Positions 27,230-41,910 of a stretch of 64,000 nucleotides of DNA are shown piece after piece. The DNA comes from the human T2T-CHM13v2.0 reference genome, Homo sapiens: NCBI RefSeq assembly GCF_009914755.1, contig NC_060934.1, one strand, 5' to 3'. Position 1 is the stretch's first letter. Each line of letters opens with the position of its first letter. The translations under genes were made by a program, and so were the position numbers. The notes below the pieces were generated by a model that was not told where the DNA came from, ran no database searches, and saw only the letters and a program-made list of their open reading frames with translations.

Positions 27230-29935
27230 AGAAAATGTTACAAGAGAAAATAAAAAAAGACAGATAACTGGTCTACTTTTCTTGTATATATAACTAGACC
27301 TCTAGGTAAACAGACTAATGGTATTTCCTAAGAGGAGTGTTTTAAATCTATAAAATACTTTGAATGAGTTGCCTCTTTTTTGTATCTACTTTTGGTAAAC
27401 TAACCTGCGATGTAGATGTATAGGTTCATGAAGCATAGCTCCCTGGTGAATATCACATAAGCTGTACAAGTGTTACGGATATAAAATGGAGCTGTTTCAT
27501 AACTTAAACCTCTCCCTGCATGGTGAGACAATCCACAACCCTAACTTTGAGATCTTAACTTTTATTCTGTCTAGAAAGCACATGCCTGATGAAGGAAGGA
27601 GAAGCTGGGAGCCATGCAAGATGTAATAGACATCTCCTTGCTATTTTTGTGCCATTCTTTCTTATATTCTTAAATTACTAATAAAACTTGATACTGGATA
27701 GAATCTCTACTCTGCATGAGTCTGACTTAACAACTTAATATTTTATGTTAACTTGAAAAAAACCACTAGTTGTGACTTGTGGTTCTCTCTAAGTAATATA
27801 AAAACGGTGCTATTATTAGAATAGTTGCATGTTGTAACAAATTCACATAAAAAGTCTTATCACAAAACCCATGAAAGCATAAAAACATAAAGTGAATATC
27901 TAAAATGAGTGAAACATTTGAAAATGAGTCTTTATTTATTATCTATATGATGTAGTTGCTTAAACGTTTTCATTCTGTTTATGTATGTGTCCTGATGTTG
28001 AAGATTTGCTTATTCAGTACTCCAGCCACGTTATACAAGGCAGCAATGTTTTACTATCAGAAAACTTGATTCCTTTTTCAAGAGAATTTCAGATTTCTAT
28101 TAAATAGCATTATTTTTTCCTTTCCAAACCAAAATAAAGAAGATAAACATAAAGGCTTAATATCAGCATCAAATTGTCTTTTTTTATATCAATTCATGAG
28201 TTTTTGTCCATATGCAATATATTCAACAATTAGGAATTCGGTTAAAATATAACCAAAATAATCTGATCTTTAATACAATGACTTGCTGTCCTTTTTCTTT
28301 CCCCTTTAAAGGAAGCACTTTCTCTAAACTGAGTCTAACAGAAAGTTTTATGCATTCAAGTTTATACACATTCTGCCTGGAACACCCCTCTGGTTCAGTG
28401 TTGCTTTTAGCTTGTCATGGGTCATTCTCTGGTAACAATGATGATCACCTGAAACTCTGAGCATTTATTTACTTACTATGCACATGTCTACTCTCTACTG
28501 TAGTCAAAAAGATGGGGTGGAGTATGCTTCTTTTTTTTTTTTTTTTTTGCTTCTTTAGTCTTTAGTCCCTACAAGGCTAACATCCAAGTCTGCATAAGTT
28601 TCCAGTAGAGATGCATCAAATTTTGGCTTCAGCCATGATATAAGGCCAAAATTGGTTACTTGTCATCATTTAGCTTTTGGTCTTTGTTAGCTGAATGAGC
28701 AATATCTACTTTAATGTTATCCAAATATCATTAAGAACAGAACAAACATGGAAGTGCTATCAACAGTTTTGGAAGCATACAATGTTTTATTCCAAAAAGT
28801 ACATTTTGTATGCAGAATTCAAAATTCACAGGCTATGTCACAAAGTTACTCAGTTAGCAAAATAAAAATGGGCCTCTTTCATCATTTTTCTTCAGGTTTG
28901 GAAATCTGCATAATAAGCAAAAAAAGAGTGGAATTTTTTTCATGCAATTATATATTTAAATTATCTGAAAGAACAATGACTGCATGTTTAAAAACATTTC
29001 CTGAAAAAAGTTGTAATATTATACTTTGCTGATACAAATACTGAAGTAAATATGTAACGAATGGCATACTAATACCAAAGTGGACTTACTAACAATCAAT
29101 GATTGCTTTAGAAAGAAGAAATCATTCACTAAAAATTAATCACACAACCAAACTGATATCTCCTGCATTCAGATGTTTCTTACATGATGACTGTGTCCTG
29201 TTCCTGGAAATAATTGCTCAAGTTGGTACATGTGCAATAAAACTGAGATGCAATTGGGAATTTGGAGGCAATTTTATTATCAGAAAAGTCAATCATACAC
29301 ATTCAACGCAACTTTTATAGACTGGAGATTTAAGGGCGTTTCCTCAAGTGATTGTGTTATATAGCCTAAATGTAAATGAAAAATTAGAAATAAAAGTTAG
29401 AGTGAGGGCAGTAAGTCTGCTTCTGCAAATACTCAGAAAGCATCTTCCTTAAGCTGTGCACAAAGCTTCAGTTTCTAAGATTGCTTCAGTGAAATTACAA
29501 CATCACCATAGGTGAAATCTGTTAGTCTAGGAGTTAAAGAAGAGCTGTCTTTAAATAGTTATTATTAAAGATAAAAGAAAGCAAGAATTTGTGGCGACAA
29601 GATCCTTGACTGTAATCTATTCAGGTTTATCTGGACCAAAACATATCTTACCCCTCCACTAATCACAATTAAAAGTGAGCATACATTTAGTACTACAAAT
29701 ATTTAATGCAGTATCTTCAGAAGGAATTAACAAGTGATAATACTGAGAAGTAGTTTTCTGTAATGTCAGAATAATAACAAAAAGGAACTTGATACTATTA
29801 TTTTAAAATAATAGTTATATCACAGCCTTATGAAGTGTTTTAACTTCATTTGTATATCTTAAATCTTTATGATATTATTTAAGTTCCATCTTGGTTAGGA
29901 ATAAATTGTGATTTCAACACTCAACTATTTAGTAG

Positions 29936-30289
<354 letters not shown>

Positions 30290-31884
30290 AATTCCATTTT
30301 CAATAAAACCTTTTTTTTTTTTTTTTTCTGAAGGCTCAGGACAATGAAGGAAATTACATTGTAAGAAGTTAAAGGTTAAAATTCCAGCAAACTTGGTCTT
30401 TTCTTGGACTCAGAAAGAGAGTCCCCAGTGGACATCTCCCTTCACTCTTTATCTGAATTTCTTGACTTCAGGTTGACATGCAAAACTCAAATCTTTTTCC
30501 ACAATGAGCAAACTTGCTCTGGCTTCCTCCACCTTACCCCTGTGCCCACCTCCACCCTGGATGACACCATCTCAAGCTGCACCCAGCACTAATGTTTCAC
30601 AAGTATCTGGGAGGAGGGTAAGTGCAGGGGATGTGCTGTAGATAGGCTCGTATGCCTCCTTCGGGTCAGAGAAACACTTTTCTTTCCATTTAAATTTCCT
30701 TTTCAATATTACTTTCAGTGGGAGCTGCAGGCCTGCTGACCCTCTACTATTACACAATAAATGGTGACCTATTTAATACATACCTCTTTTCCAAGGACAA
30801 GCATTAATATTTGAAGAGACAGTGTGCCTTTAGTTCATATTTAGAAATAATATTTCCTACATTAACAACGTTTCTGCCCTGCCCTTGGAGTACCTTGTTC
30901 CCCAATGTTGCTCTGAGGGGCTTTTAATTTCTTTTCCATTTTTTCTCTATTGCCCACAGGAATCATAAAAATTTACATTAGTCCTTAATGTCCACTTTTA
31001 TTGAAATCTAGGGACACACTTGCTGTCCCTTTCCACTCCTTGGAGTCAGAGCCTCTCTTTGATTTAAAGAAAATGGAAGCTGATGATTACTGATATGTCC
31101 TACAACTGACCCATGAATAAATAAAGACCCGAATAGTCATTAATATGCTGCATAGCAAGTAGACATACACAAGGAGAAAGGTTAGAATTAAAATAATAAA
31201 ATAATAATCCACACTTCAGTCAGTAGCACATATAATTTCATCTTACCCTAGCTTCTAGAGGGTAAAATGGCTGACTCCTCTCAAGGGGTCCTCAGAGTGG
31301 GCTGAGGCTAGAGAATTCTTTTCCAGAACTGGAATAACTTGAAGTAGAATCTTCAAAACTGTGACCAACCAGTAATCGTAAAATTAATATCGAAAATCAT
31401 CTCATAATAAGGAAGCTAGATCTGGTCCTGCAGCGGAGGAATATGGGCTGGAGAAAGGGACAGTATTTCTTGGCCCTGTGGAAGGAACAAGCAACTGGAC
31501 AAAACAGGGAGTTGTTCCATGGAAACACAGGAGGCTGGATTTTCTTGTCCTCTAACAATAGATTTTAATCATCTGGTGTTCTAAGAGGATCATGGTATCC
31601 AAGGAAAGATGTGCTTGTTTCCAGATAATGTACTGACTTGCTCATTTGTTCACTTATTCAACCACTTACTATTGAGTTTTGGGCTCTGGAATTATCCACT
31701 GTAGTGAGTAAAATAGACAAAGATCACTGTCTTCATCGAGCTGACGTTATACAGAGGAAAGGCAGACAAGAAACAAAATAAAGAAATAATAATAATAGTC
31801 TAATTGTCATAAGTGCTATGAGGGAAAAGCAGGAAAGGGGGAAAGGGATAGCCTGGTGAGGAGTGGATGTAAAGATTTGAAAGA

Positions 31885-32012
31885 GGGTTGAGCACAGTGG
31901 CTCACAGCTGTAATCCCATCACATTGGGAGGCCAAGACGGGAGAATTGCTTGAACCAGGAGTCCAATACCAGACTGGGCAACACAGCAAGGCCTTGTCTC
32001 TACCAAAAAAAA
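31885..32012 (+). mobile_element. Alu monomer (FLAM-like)
   Basis: Left-arm Alu sequence followed by A tail. Confidence 0.8.
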
Positions 32013-32033
32013 AGAGAAGATCTTAAAGAGGTT

Positions 32034-32355
32034 GGGCTGGGCGTGGTGGCTTACACCTGTAATCTCAGCACTTTGGGAGGCTGAGGAGGGAGGATCACTT
32101 GAGCCCAGGAGTTCAATACCAGCCTGGGCAACACTGCCAGACCCTTAATATATTTTTAAAAATGTTCTATGAGGGATGGAACAATAAAAATAAAATAAAA
32201 TGTATTTTTTTAATTAGCTGGGCATGGTGGTGTGGGGCTAGAGTCCCAGCTACTTGGGAGGCTGAGGCAGGTGGATGACTTGAGCCTGAGATGTCCTTGT
32301 TCCTGCCACTGCACTGAAGCCTGAGCAATAGAGGAAGAACCTGTAACAAAAAAAA
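32034..32355 (+). mobile_element. AluJ
   Basis: gggctgggcgtggtggc...gaggatcacttgagcccagg; expanded AT-rich linker. Confidence 0.85.
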
Positions 32356-32961
32356 TTTTTAAGTGTTAAAACAGAGGTTGGTCCCTAAGAAGGTGATATT
32401 TGAGCAAACACCTGAAGGAGAAGAGAGAATGAGCTCTGACATCTGCAAGATGAGAGTTCCAAGTAAAGGGGGCACAAACCAAAGACCATGAGGCAGAATG
32501 TGCCTGAAAAATTTCATAAACAGCAAGGAGGCTAGCAGAGCTGGAAAGAAGTGAGCACAGGAGAAAAAGTAGGAGTTAGAGGAATAATGGGACGTTAGAA
32601 TCATGCACAGACTTGTGTGACATTGTATGAACTTTGTCCTTTTCTTTGACTGAGCGGGGGTTATCTTTGAGGATTTGGGTAGAATAGTGACATAATCTGA
32701 CTTATGTTTTAAAATAATCACTGTGATGGCTTTATGCAGAATAAAAGAGCAGGGAGGAGAAGTAGAAAGATGATTTGGAAAGATATTAAAACAAGCCAGG
32801 GCAACATAATATGATGGCTTGGAACAGGGGTATATCATATATAGGGAGAGATGTAGAGAGATTCAGAATATATTTTAAAAAAATAAACAACAGTATTTGC
32901 TGAAAATTGGATGTGAATTAAGAAAGAGGAGTGAAAGACCTATTCAGGTTTTTAATTCAAC

Positions 32962-33866
32962 AAAGAGAATTGTAGAAATATATTTGTAGCAGATGTATTT
33001 GTATTAACCCCAAACTGGAAAGCACCAAAATGTCCATCAACAAGAAAACAGATAAAATTTGGTGTAGGCTTAAAACAAACAAACAAAACCTTTATAATAA
33101 AAAGAAACTGATCCACCCCACTCCATGGGGGAGTTTCTAGTATGTTACAACTTTTGTAAAAATAATTTTTAATTTTAATTTTTATGGGTACATAGTAGGT
33201 GTATATATTTATGAAGTAGATGAGATGTTTTGATTCACGCATGCAATGTTTAATAATCACATCATGGAAAGTGGGGTATCTATCACCTGCAACTATTTTT
33301 CAATGAAATTAATGTATTCTACCATTCATCAGTCTTTGTGATGATACCTAATATAGTTAGATCCTGAGCAAATGTAATTATTTACATTTTTTAATTAAGA
33401 AATAATTTGCTTACATTGAAATGTGCAGTTTTTAGAAGTACAGTCCATGCATTTTGATAGAGGCATACATTAATATGTCTGCAGCCTTTCAAGATCTAAA
33501 ATACTTCCATCACCTTAGAAAAATCTGTCGTGCTGATCTCAGGCAATCCATAACCACCATCCTCAGGAATCACTGCTCTAATTTACTTGATCACATATTA
33601 ATTTTGCCTGTGTAAGAACGCATATAGGTGGAATCATACAATATTCATTCTTTTGTGTCTGGCTTCTTAAATTTTGCATAATATTTTTGTAGTTGATCCA
33701 TATATTTTTGGTGGATCAGTTTCTCATTATTATAAAGGTTTTATTTGTTTGTTTTAAGCCTACACAAAATTTTGTCTGTTTTCTTGTTGATGGACATTTT
33801 GGTTGCTTTCCAGTTTGGGGTTAATACAAATAAATCTGCTACAAATATATTTGTACAATTCTCTTT
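32962..33866. repeat. Inverted repeat, arms 32962-33117 and 33710-33866
   Basis: Arms are reverse complements with about 7 substitutions and 1 indel over 157 bp; 592-bp spacer. Confidence 0.95.
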
Positions 33867-33952
33867 ATTTACATGTGTTTTTATTTCATGTAAATAAATA
33901 ACTAGGAGAGGCATTGACAGATCATGGGGTAGTTGTATACTTACCTTCATGA

Positions 33953-34459
<507 letters not shown>

Positions 34460-34668
34460 TAGGCCACTTTTATATCTTGTTTTCTGAGAGGCCAATTCAA
34501 GATATTAGGTTAACTTAAAATTTTTATTGTTTGTCTAATTTATAATGAATTGTAGGAGATATTTACATATATTCTGGATTCAAGGCCTTTGTCAGATACA
34601 TGTAATGACAATATTCTCCCACAATCAGTGACTTGACTTGCCTATTCATTGTCTTAACATTGTCTTTT

Positions 34669-35501
34669 TGATAGGGGAGTGCTGGGAAGGGAAGAACGTG
34701 GTCCCTTTAAATGATAAGGAAGAGGCAACAGGGAAGTGCTGGGTAGAGGAGGGTGTGGTCCCTGGCTAGGGCTCTACCCCCAGGGACCTAGATAATGACA
34801 GGCACTTCTGCCTTCGCCCCAAATGTTGCGTGTTCCAAGACCACCATGGCCCACCACGACCCCATCCTGGGCCTGTAAAAACCTGAGACCCAGCAAGGCA
34901 GAGACAGAAGCTACTGAACAGTGAGAGGAACACATCAGCCAAAGAAGACAAGCGGCTGAACATTGAGAGGAAGTCGAGGGAGCACGCCATAGGAGGCCAG
35001 CAGGCTTGCAAGCCATTGACTGACTGACTGAAGGGAAGACGCGGAGTGTGGCTGCAGCAGTCCGAGGAGAGCTGGGGCCGCCAGGTGACCCAAGTCCAGG
35101 GGAAGACCATCTCCCTTCCGGCTCCCCCATCGGCTGAGAGCTACTTCCACTCAGTAAAACTTTACATTCATTCTGCAAGCCCACTTGTGTTCCTATTCTT
35201 CCGGTACACCAAGGCAAGAACCCGGGATACAGAAAGCCCTCTGTCCTTACAACAAGGTAGAGGGTCTAATTGAGCTGGTTAACACAAGACACTTATAGAC
35301 GGTAAACTAAAAGAGCACCTTGTAACACCCACTAGGGCTTCAGCTGTAAACATTTACCCTCGACACTGCCTTGGGGTCGGAGCCCCACAGCCTGCCCTTC
35401 TGTATGCTCCCCTAGAGGTCTGAGCAGCAGGGCACTGAAGAAGTGAGCCACATCCCCATCGCACGCCCAGCGAGGGGTACAAGGGAACCTTTCCCATTTC
35501 A
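34669..35501 (+). mobile_element. LTR1-family (ERV1) 5' LTR
   Basis: tgataggggagtgctgggaagggaag...gtggtccctggctagggctc...ttcccatttca; TG..CA termini; followed by degenerate tRNA-Pro PBS. Confidence 0.8.
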
Positions 35502-36326
<825 letters not shown>

Positions 36327-37606
36327 TTTGATGAATCAAAATTGTAATTTTGATGAAGACAAGTCTATTGTTATTCATGCAAGATTGGTGCTTTCTTTTT
36401 CCTGTTCAAAGTCTTTTCATACCAGTTCTACCAGTTTGCAAAGATAGTCTCCATTTCTATGGTTCATTGAGATTAATTTTTGTGTTTGATAAATATGATC
36501 TAAGTTTCCTTTTTTTTTTTCCTTAAGAGTGGCTAGTTGTTTCACACCATTTGTTGAGGAGACTATCCTTTCTCCATTAAATTTTTTTGGCACCTTGGGC
36601 AAAAATCAATTCACCGTTGTAACTGTGGGTTAATTTCAGGACAGTCTATTCTGCTCAATTGAACTAGTTGTGTATATTTATGCTCACAATACACTGTCAT
36701 GATTAATTAAGAAATCTAAGTCAATCTAAGTCAGTCTACAGTGTTTTGCTTCAATTTGGTTTTCAGTATCTTTAGGATCTTTTATATCCATTGAATTTTC
36801 ATATACATTTCCATATACATGATATTTCCAACTACATTTCCAATTGGCTGGTCAATTTAAAAACAAGTCTGAGTTTTTGATCAGCATTATGTCGAATTCA
36901 TAGATAAACTTGATGAAAATTTACATCTTATAAAAGCGTCCTCTAATATGATTGCGGTTTATCTCTCCACGTATTAAAGTCTTCTTGATTTTCTTCTAAC
37001 AATATTTTGTAGTTTTTCCAATATCAAGGTCTTATAAAGATTTCAGCCAATTTAGTTTTAACTAAGGTTTTTGTTGTTACTGTATACCTATTGTTTTAAT
37101 TTTTATTTTACAGTTGTGTTGCCAGTGTGTCAAAAGACAATTTTTATTGACCTTGTATTTTGTGACTTGAGCATCTCCCAGTCCTATGCAAGAGCCATGA
37201 CTCCCTGATTTAAAAATAGAATTTATTTTTAAATATTTTATTATTGTGCTTGATATAATCTAAGAATCATTACAATTTTAAAAATATGTATTTGGAAAGA
37301 TTAAGAAATTTAGACAAACAGGAGTTGTTTTATAAGAAATCATTAGTAAGAGTAACTTCATTTAATCTGTTTTTCTTTCTCATCTAATTTAGATTTGTTT
37401 GTGGAATGAGTAGCTTTAAGAAAAGATGTAACTTTGTAGCATATGATATTTTGAGATAGGTCAAGTTTAGGGGACTGTCAATGAGAAATCTAACAGCAAG
37501 AGTCAGTTTGAAGACATTGGGTTCTTTGGGAGTAACATACTGGGTGGGAAAAGTTAAGAGTAACTCACAGGTGAAATCATCAGTCAAAATTATATTTAAA
37601 ATTTTG

Positions 37607-37915
37607 GGCCAGGCACGGTGGCTCACACCTGTAATGCTACACCTGTAGCATTTTGGGAGGCCGAGGTGGTTGGATCACCTGAGGTCAGGAGTTTGAGACA
37701 AGCACGGCCAACATGGTGAAACCCCGTCTCTACTAAAAATACAAAAAATGGGCTTGGCTGGACGTGGTGGCAGGCGCCTGTAATCCCAGCTACTCGGGAG
37801 GCTGAGGCAGGAGAATTGCTTGAACCAGCAGGCGGAGGTTGTAGTGAACCGAAATTGCACCACTGCACTCCAGCCTGGGTTACACGGCAAGACTCCATCT
37901 CAAAAAAAAAAAAAA
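37607..37915 (+). mobile_element. AluS
   Basis: Full Alu with small internal duplication cacctgta; A14 tail. Confidence 0.95.
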
Positions 37916-39409
37916 TTTTTTTTTTTTTTTGCTGTGAGTTAGTCACTTTCTTGTTTATAATTCTTTCTGAATAGAGGAACAAGGGTCACATCTCAGACCT
38001 GAGTACAGGCCTAGCTGTGTACAGCAACTGCGAATTTTGCGTTTTTCAGTGTGTGTTTTAAAAAGTGCCATTTCTACGAACTTTCTTCCTAGAAAAAATC
38101 CAGGACCATTGTGTAAACAAGAAGAAGAGTTTATATCCAAATACCAAACCTTGTTGCTGTAGGAAATGGTCCTAATCATGATCTAATTTTCATAGCAAAA
38201 GTCAATTGTGTTGGAACTCAACAAAATCCAACTAATGTATATGTGACTTCTGTTTTATTTCTCCTTAAAATTCATTAGGCCATACCTTGAAAATGAAAAT
38301 CTTGGACTTTGGAGATTGCACGGTTCGCTAGTGAATGTTAGAGGGCTCGAAACTGAGAAAAATACATTATATTCTAGAGTCTAAAGTATAAACATTTATG
38401 TAAGACGTCATATCTCTGGGACTCATCATCTAAAAAATAGAAATAATAAATTCCTGTTTCCTATATAACCATTAAGCATGATAGAATATTGCATGTTATG
38501 GAAAAATTCTTTTTATCTAAAAGAAATGTCAGTTTCCTCAAACATGTTATTTTACCCAATGGCCTAGTTGCTGAACCGATTAGTTTCTAAAGAGATTAGT
38601 TTATCTCTTGATACATTGGCTGTTTGGTTTGAGATAAACCGTATTTTCCCATTCACCTAAGGAACCTAAGTAACGTCTCCTAAAGTCTGACGATTATACA
38701 TCATATTTATAGAATGTTTGAAACTCCCACTCCTGAATTTGCACTTGGAAAGTGTACAGTCAGAAAAGAAAGTAGCAACAAACTATATAAGGAGACAGAG
38801 TATAAGAAAATATTTTTCAGAGCCCATTTACCTCCATCATGAGCGGTGAATTTAAACTGGCTCATTGGAAAGCAGCACATATATTTTGTCTCTACACCAG
38901 GCATAACCGCTGCTGGATCACATAAGTACTTTCTTCCCATATCTGAGTTCTATTTCCTCTTCAGTATATTCTTGATGACACCAAAGCACTGGAAGTATAT
39001 TTCTGGTTTCTTCCAATGATGAGACTGTGAAGTGTTAATTTGTGGACTCAAATTTTATCTGTTACTTTGGTAGAACTTTCAAAATATGTGAAGAAAGAAG
39101 GAAAACAAATAGATGAGATTTAAGTACTTCTTTGTTGCATGAAAACATTTAATGTTAATATGAGAGATAATCGGCATTTTTGTACTCTGCATAAAAAGAA
39201 AAAATATGTAGTGCTTAGTTCTCCTTGATTCTTCTCCACAAAAATATGAGAATACATCTTAGCTAGTTCTAATAAAATTACATTTTATAAAAAGGTTTTT
39301 AAAAAAATTTGAAGGAATATATTGTGATTTGTGGCTTAGATAAATAAGGCCACACAACATCCTTTAGCTGCATTGTTCTGTGCTGCAGGACTTTTAAGTT
39401 CAAAAGAAA

Positions 39410-39670
39410 ACAGTCCTGTCACAAAAATAATAGTTATCATGTGCTAAGTACTTATTATGTTCCAGGCACTATGCAGCTTTCCATTTATTCCTCATAAAAC
39501 ACCCAAGAGTTAGTTTTAAGTATCCTCCTCATTGTATAGGTGAAGAAAAAATGATACTTAAGGATAATAAATAACTTGACTAAGGTCATACCACCATCAT
39601 GTAGCAGAAACATTTTGAACCCAGGAGTTCCCCAATACCAACACATATATCTTGTCTTCTACCTAATGCA
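39410..39670 (-). mobile_element. MIR
   Basis: gtacttattatgttccaggcact...ataacttgactaaggtcata...tttgaacccagg. Confidence 0.65.
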
Positions 39671-39869
39671 GACTCATAATTTAAAGAAAAAAGGATTTTT
39701 TACAATTGACTTGTTAGAACAGAAATACGTTAGCTGAAAAAAAATCTATCTTCTATGCAGTAAAATAGCAAATATTCTCGTCGTGATTGATAGAAATAGA
39801 AATAGAGAGGTATAAGTAGGAAATTTCCCAGTTACTTTTTATCACATTCTTATTGCATTTGGTTTCTGA

Positions 39870-40378
39870 ACAAGTGAAACCACACAATTGCCATGTTCAT
39901 TTTATATTTCCTTAATTCATGTTCTTTAATTTCTTCTAATACTTTTAGACTTAATACACTGTTTTCTAACTTTTTGAAATATTTAAATAATTGGTATTCA
40001 GCTTATCTTATTTTCTAACATATATATTTAAAGCTATTAAGTTCCCTTCTAAACAAAACTTTTTCTACTTTCTAAATCATTTTATATGTAATATTTTGTT
40101 TAAAAATGTTCATAATTTTAATTTAATTTCTTTTTTGACCTATTAGTTTTTTTGGTAGTTGTTAAGTTTCCAAATATCTATGGATATCTAGCATATCTGC
40201 CCTGTGATCAGCAAGTTTAAAGCATAGGATATCAGTCTATTAAAACTTTTTGAGACTTGCCTAGAATATGCTGGTTTTAAAAATTATTCCACGTATACTT
40301 GTTGGTTAGCTCTATTGGTTACCAATGAAAGAGTATTAATATATCACACAATAATTATGAATTTCAGGTTTGCACTTA
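39870..40378 (-). mobile_element. Old L1M fragment
   Basis: ttaaagctattaagttccc, tttgagacttg, aatgaaagagtatta...acaataattatgaattt. Confidence 0.5.
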
Positions 40379-40463
40379 AGTTTTAGTTTCCTGTGACTGC
40401 TGAAACAAATCACTGTAGACTTAATAGTTCATAACAAGACAAGTTAATTATCTTATAACTCAA

Positions 40464-41046
40464 TGTAAAAAGTAAAGTAGAGGTTCCTCTTCAAAGACTT
40501 TCCTCCCCATCTAATTAGGAATAAATAGTAACTTCTCTTAGAAGCAAAATTTATTCAAAGACCTGTGCTAACATTCTTAAATATTTGCTAGCCGTAATAA
40601 AAAAATCAATGTACTTTATGTTCTTAGCTCCCACAATTTAGCCTAAATATTTACCCTTGCATGTTTAAACTGGTCCAAGCAAGCATTAGGTCATAGCTTG
40701 TTCCTCTTCCTTATTTAAAAGTGTTTTTACTTTCTTCAGCATTCTACAAGTTACTTCCTCCTTCCTTTGTTCCCTCTACCTTTGCCTCTTTTAAAAAGTT
40801 CTAAGTGGCTAGCCAATCGGGACAAATACAGAATGTGAGGTCCCGTTCCAGCCAATGGAAACCAGACACAGCAGTAGGGTGGACGCATCAGGTTATAAAT
40901 GACCCTGTCTCCTTTGTTCGGTGTACCTTTGTGGCAAAACTGCTTGCGAGTGTACCCTTTCCGCAGGAAGTAAAAATGGCCTTACTAAATAAATTTATGT
41001 TCAAGTGCAATTTCTTTATGGCACCAGGGAACAAGCATTTCAAACA
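40464..41046 (+). mobile_element. LTR10-family (LTR10C-like) ERV1 solo LTR
   Basis: tgtaaaaagtaaagtagaggttcctcttcaaagac...aagcatttcaaaca; TG..CA; 4-bp TSD tcaa (40460-40463, 41047-41050); two CCAAT boxes and TATAAA. Confidence 0.8.
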
Positions 41047-41367
41047 TCAAGAAATCATTAAACTGAAATGAGTCTCACTTGGCTAAAATTAAGCTGTTGT
41101 CAGTGATATCTTCCTTCTGAAAATTCTAGGGAATTTCTTTTTTTTTTTTTTTTTGCTTTTTGCTCTTTCCAGCTTCTGAAAGAGACTGCCTTTACCCCTT
41201 AGCTTGGGGTCCATCATCTATATTCAAAAGCATTCAATCTCTAAGGCTTAAAAACATTGGCCCAATTCACTCCAAACTTTGCTTCCCTTATCACATCTGC
41301 TTTTCTGTCTCTGACGCTCTCGCTCCTGCTTCCCTCTTCAACATATAAGGGCCCTGTAATCACAGAT

Positions 41368-41886
41368 TGTTGGAACCGAGTGAGTTACAGAGAAACGCCA
41401 CACTCTGAGACTAATTCAGGAGTCCTTTATTGCCGGCGACCGAGAGACAGCTAGAACTAAAAAATTCTCTCAGCCCCGAAGAAGGGGCTAGATGTTTTTT
41501 TTTATACCTTGGTCTAAAAAGTGGAGGCGGAGCCTAGCTGAAGCAATTTTACAGAAGCAGAACAAGCAAAAAGTTAAAAGATAAATGGTTACAGAAACAG
41601 TTACAGAAAAATAAACAGTTCCAGGTGCAAGGGCTTAAAGTATCACAAAGAGATAAATGCAGGGGCTTTGGGTACCATCAACCGAGTGCGTTCCCAGGGG
41701 CTGCTGGTACAGCTTGCCCCAGTATCTTAACAGTAAGTGCGTTCCTGAATGTGCTTGGAGTCAGCTTGCACCAGTTATGTCCTTAAGGGAAGGGGATAAG
41801 GGGCTGCAAATGAAGAAACCAAAATGGAGTCTGGCTCTCTCAGCTAAGTGAGAGTCAATCAGGTTAAAACAAGGTAGGGTATCACA
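41368..41886 (-). mobile_element. 3' LTR (LTR6-type), 519 bp
   Basis: Minus strand starts tgtgataccctaccttgttttaacctgattgac; AATAAA intact at 41426-41431; preceded by purine-rich gagtgggaaa. Confidence 0.92.
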
Positions 41887-41910
41887 TTTCCCACTCATGT
41901 TTTTGGGGAA

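Larger units (their letters stand above)
31640..32945 (-). mobile_element. L2a, interrupted by two Alus
   Basis: cttattcaaccacttactattgag, gaaggtgatatttgagcaaacacctgaagga, gtgacataatctgacttatgttttaaaa. Confidence 0.8.

Noticed and set aside
29201-29209. Perfect STAT GAS motif TTCCTGGAA (a similar one near 17792)
   Set aside because: A single 9-mer is expected by chance in 64 kb and has no supporting context.
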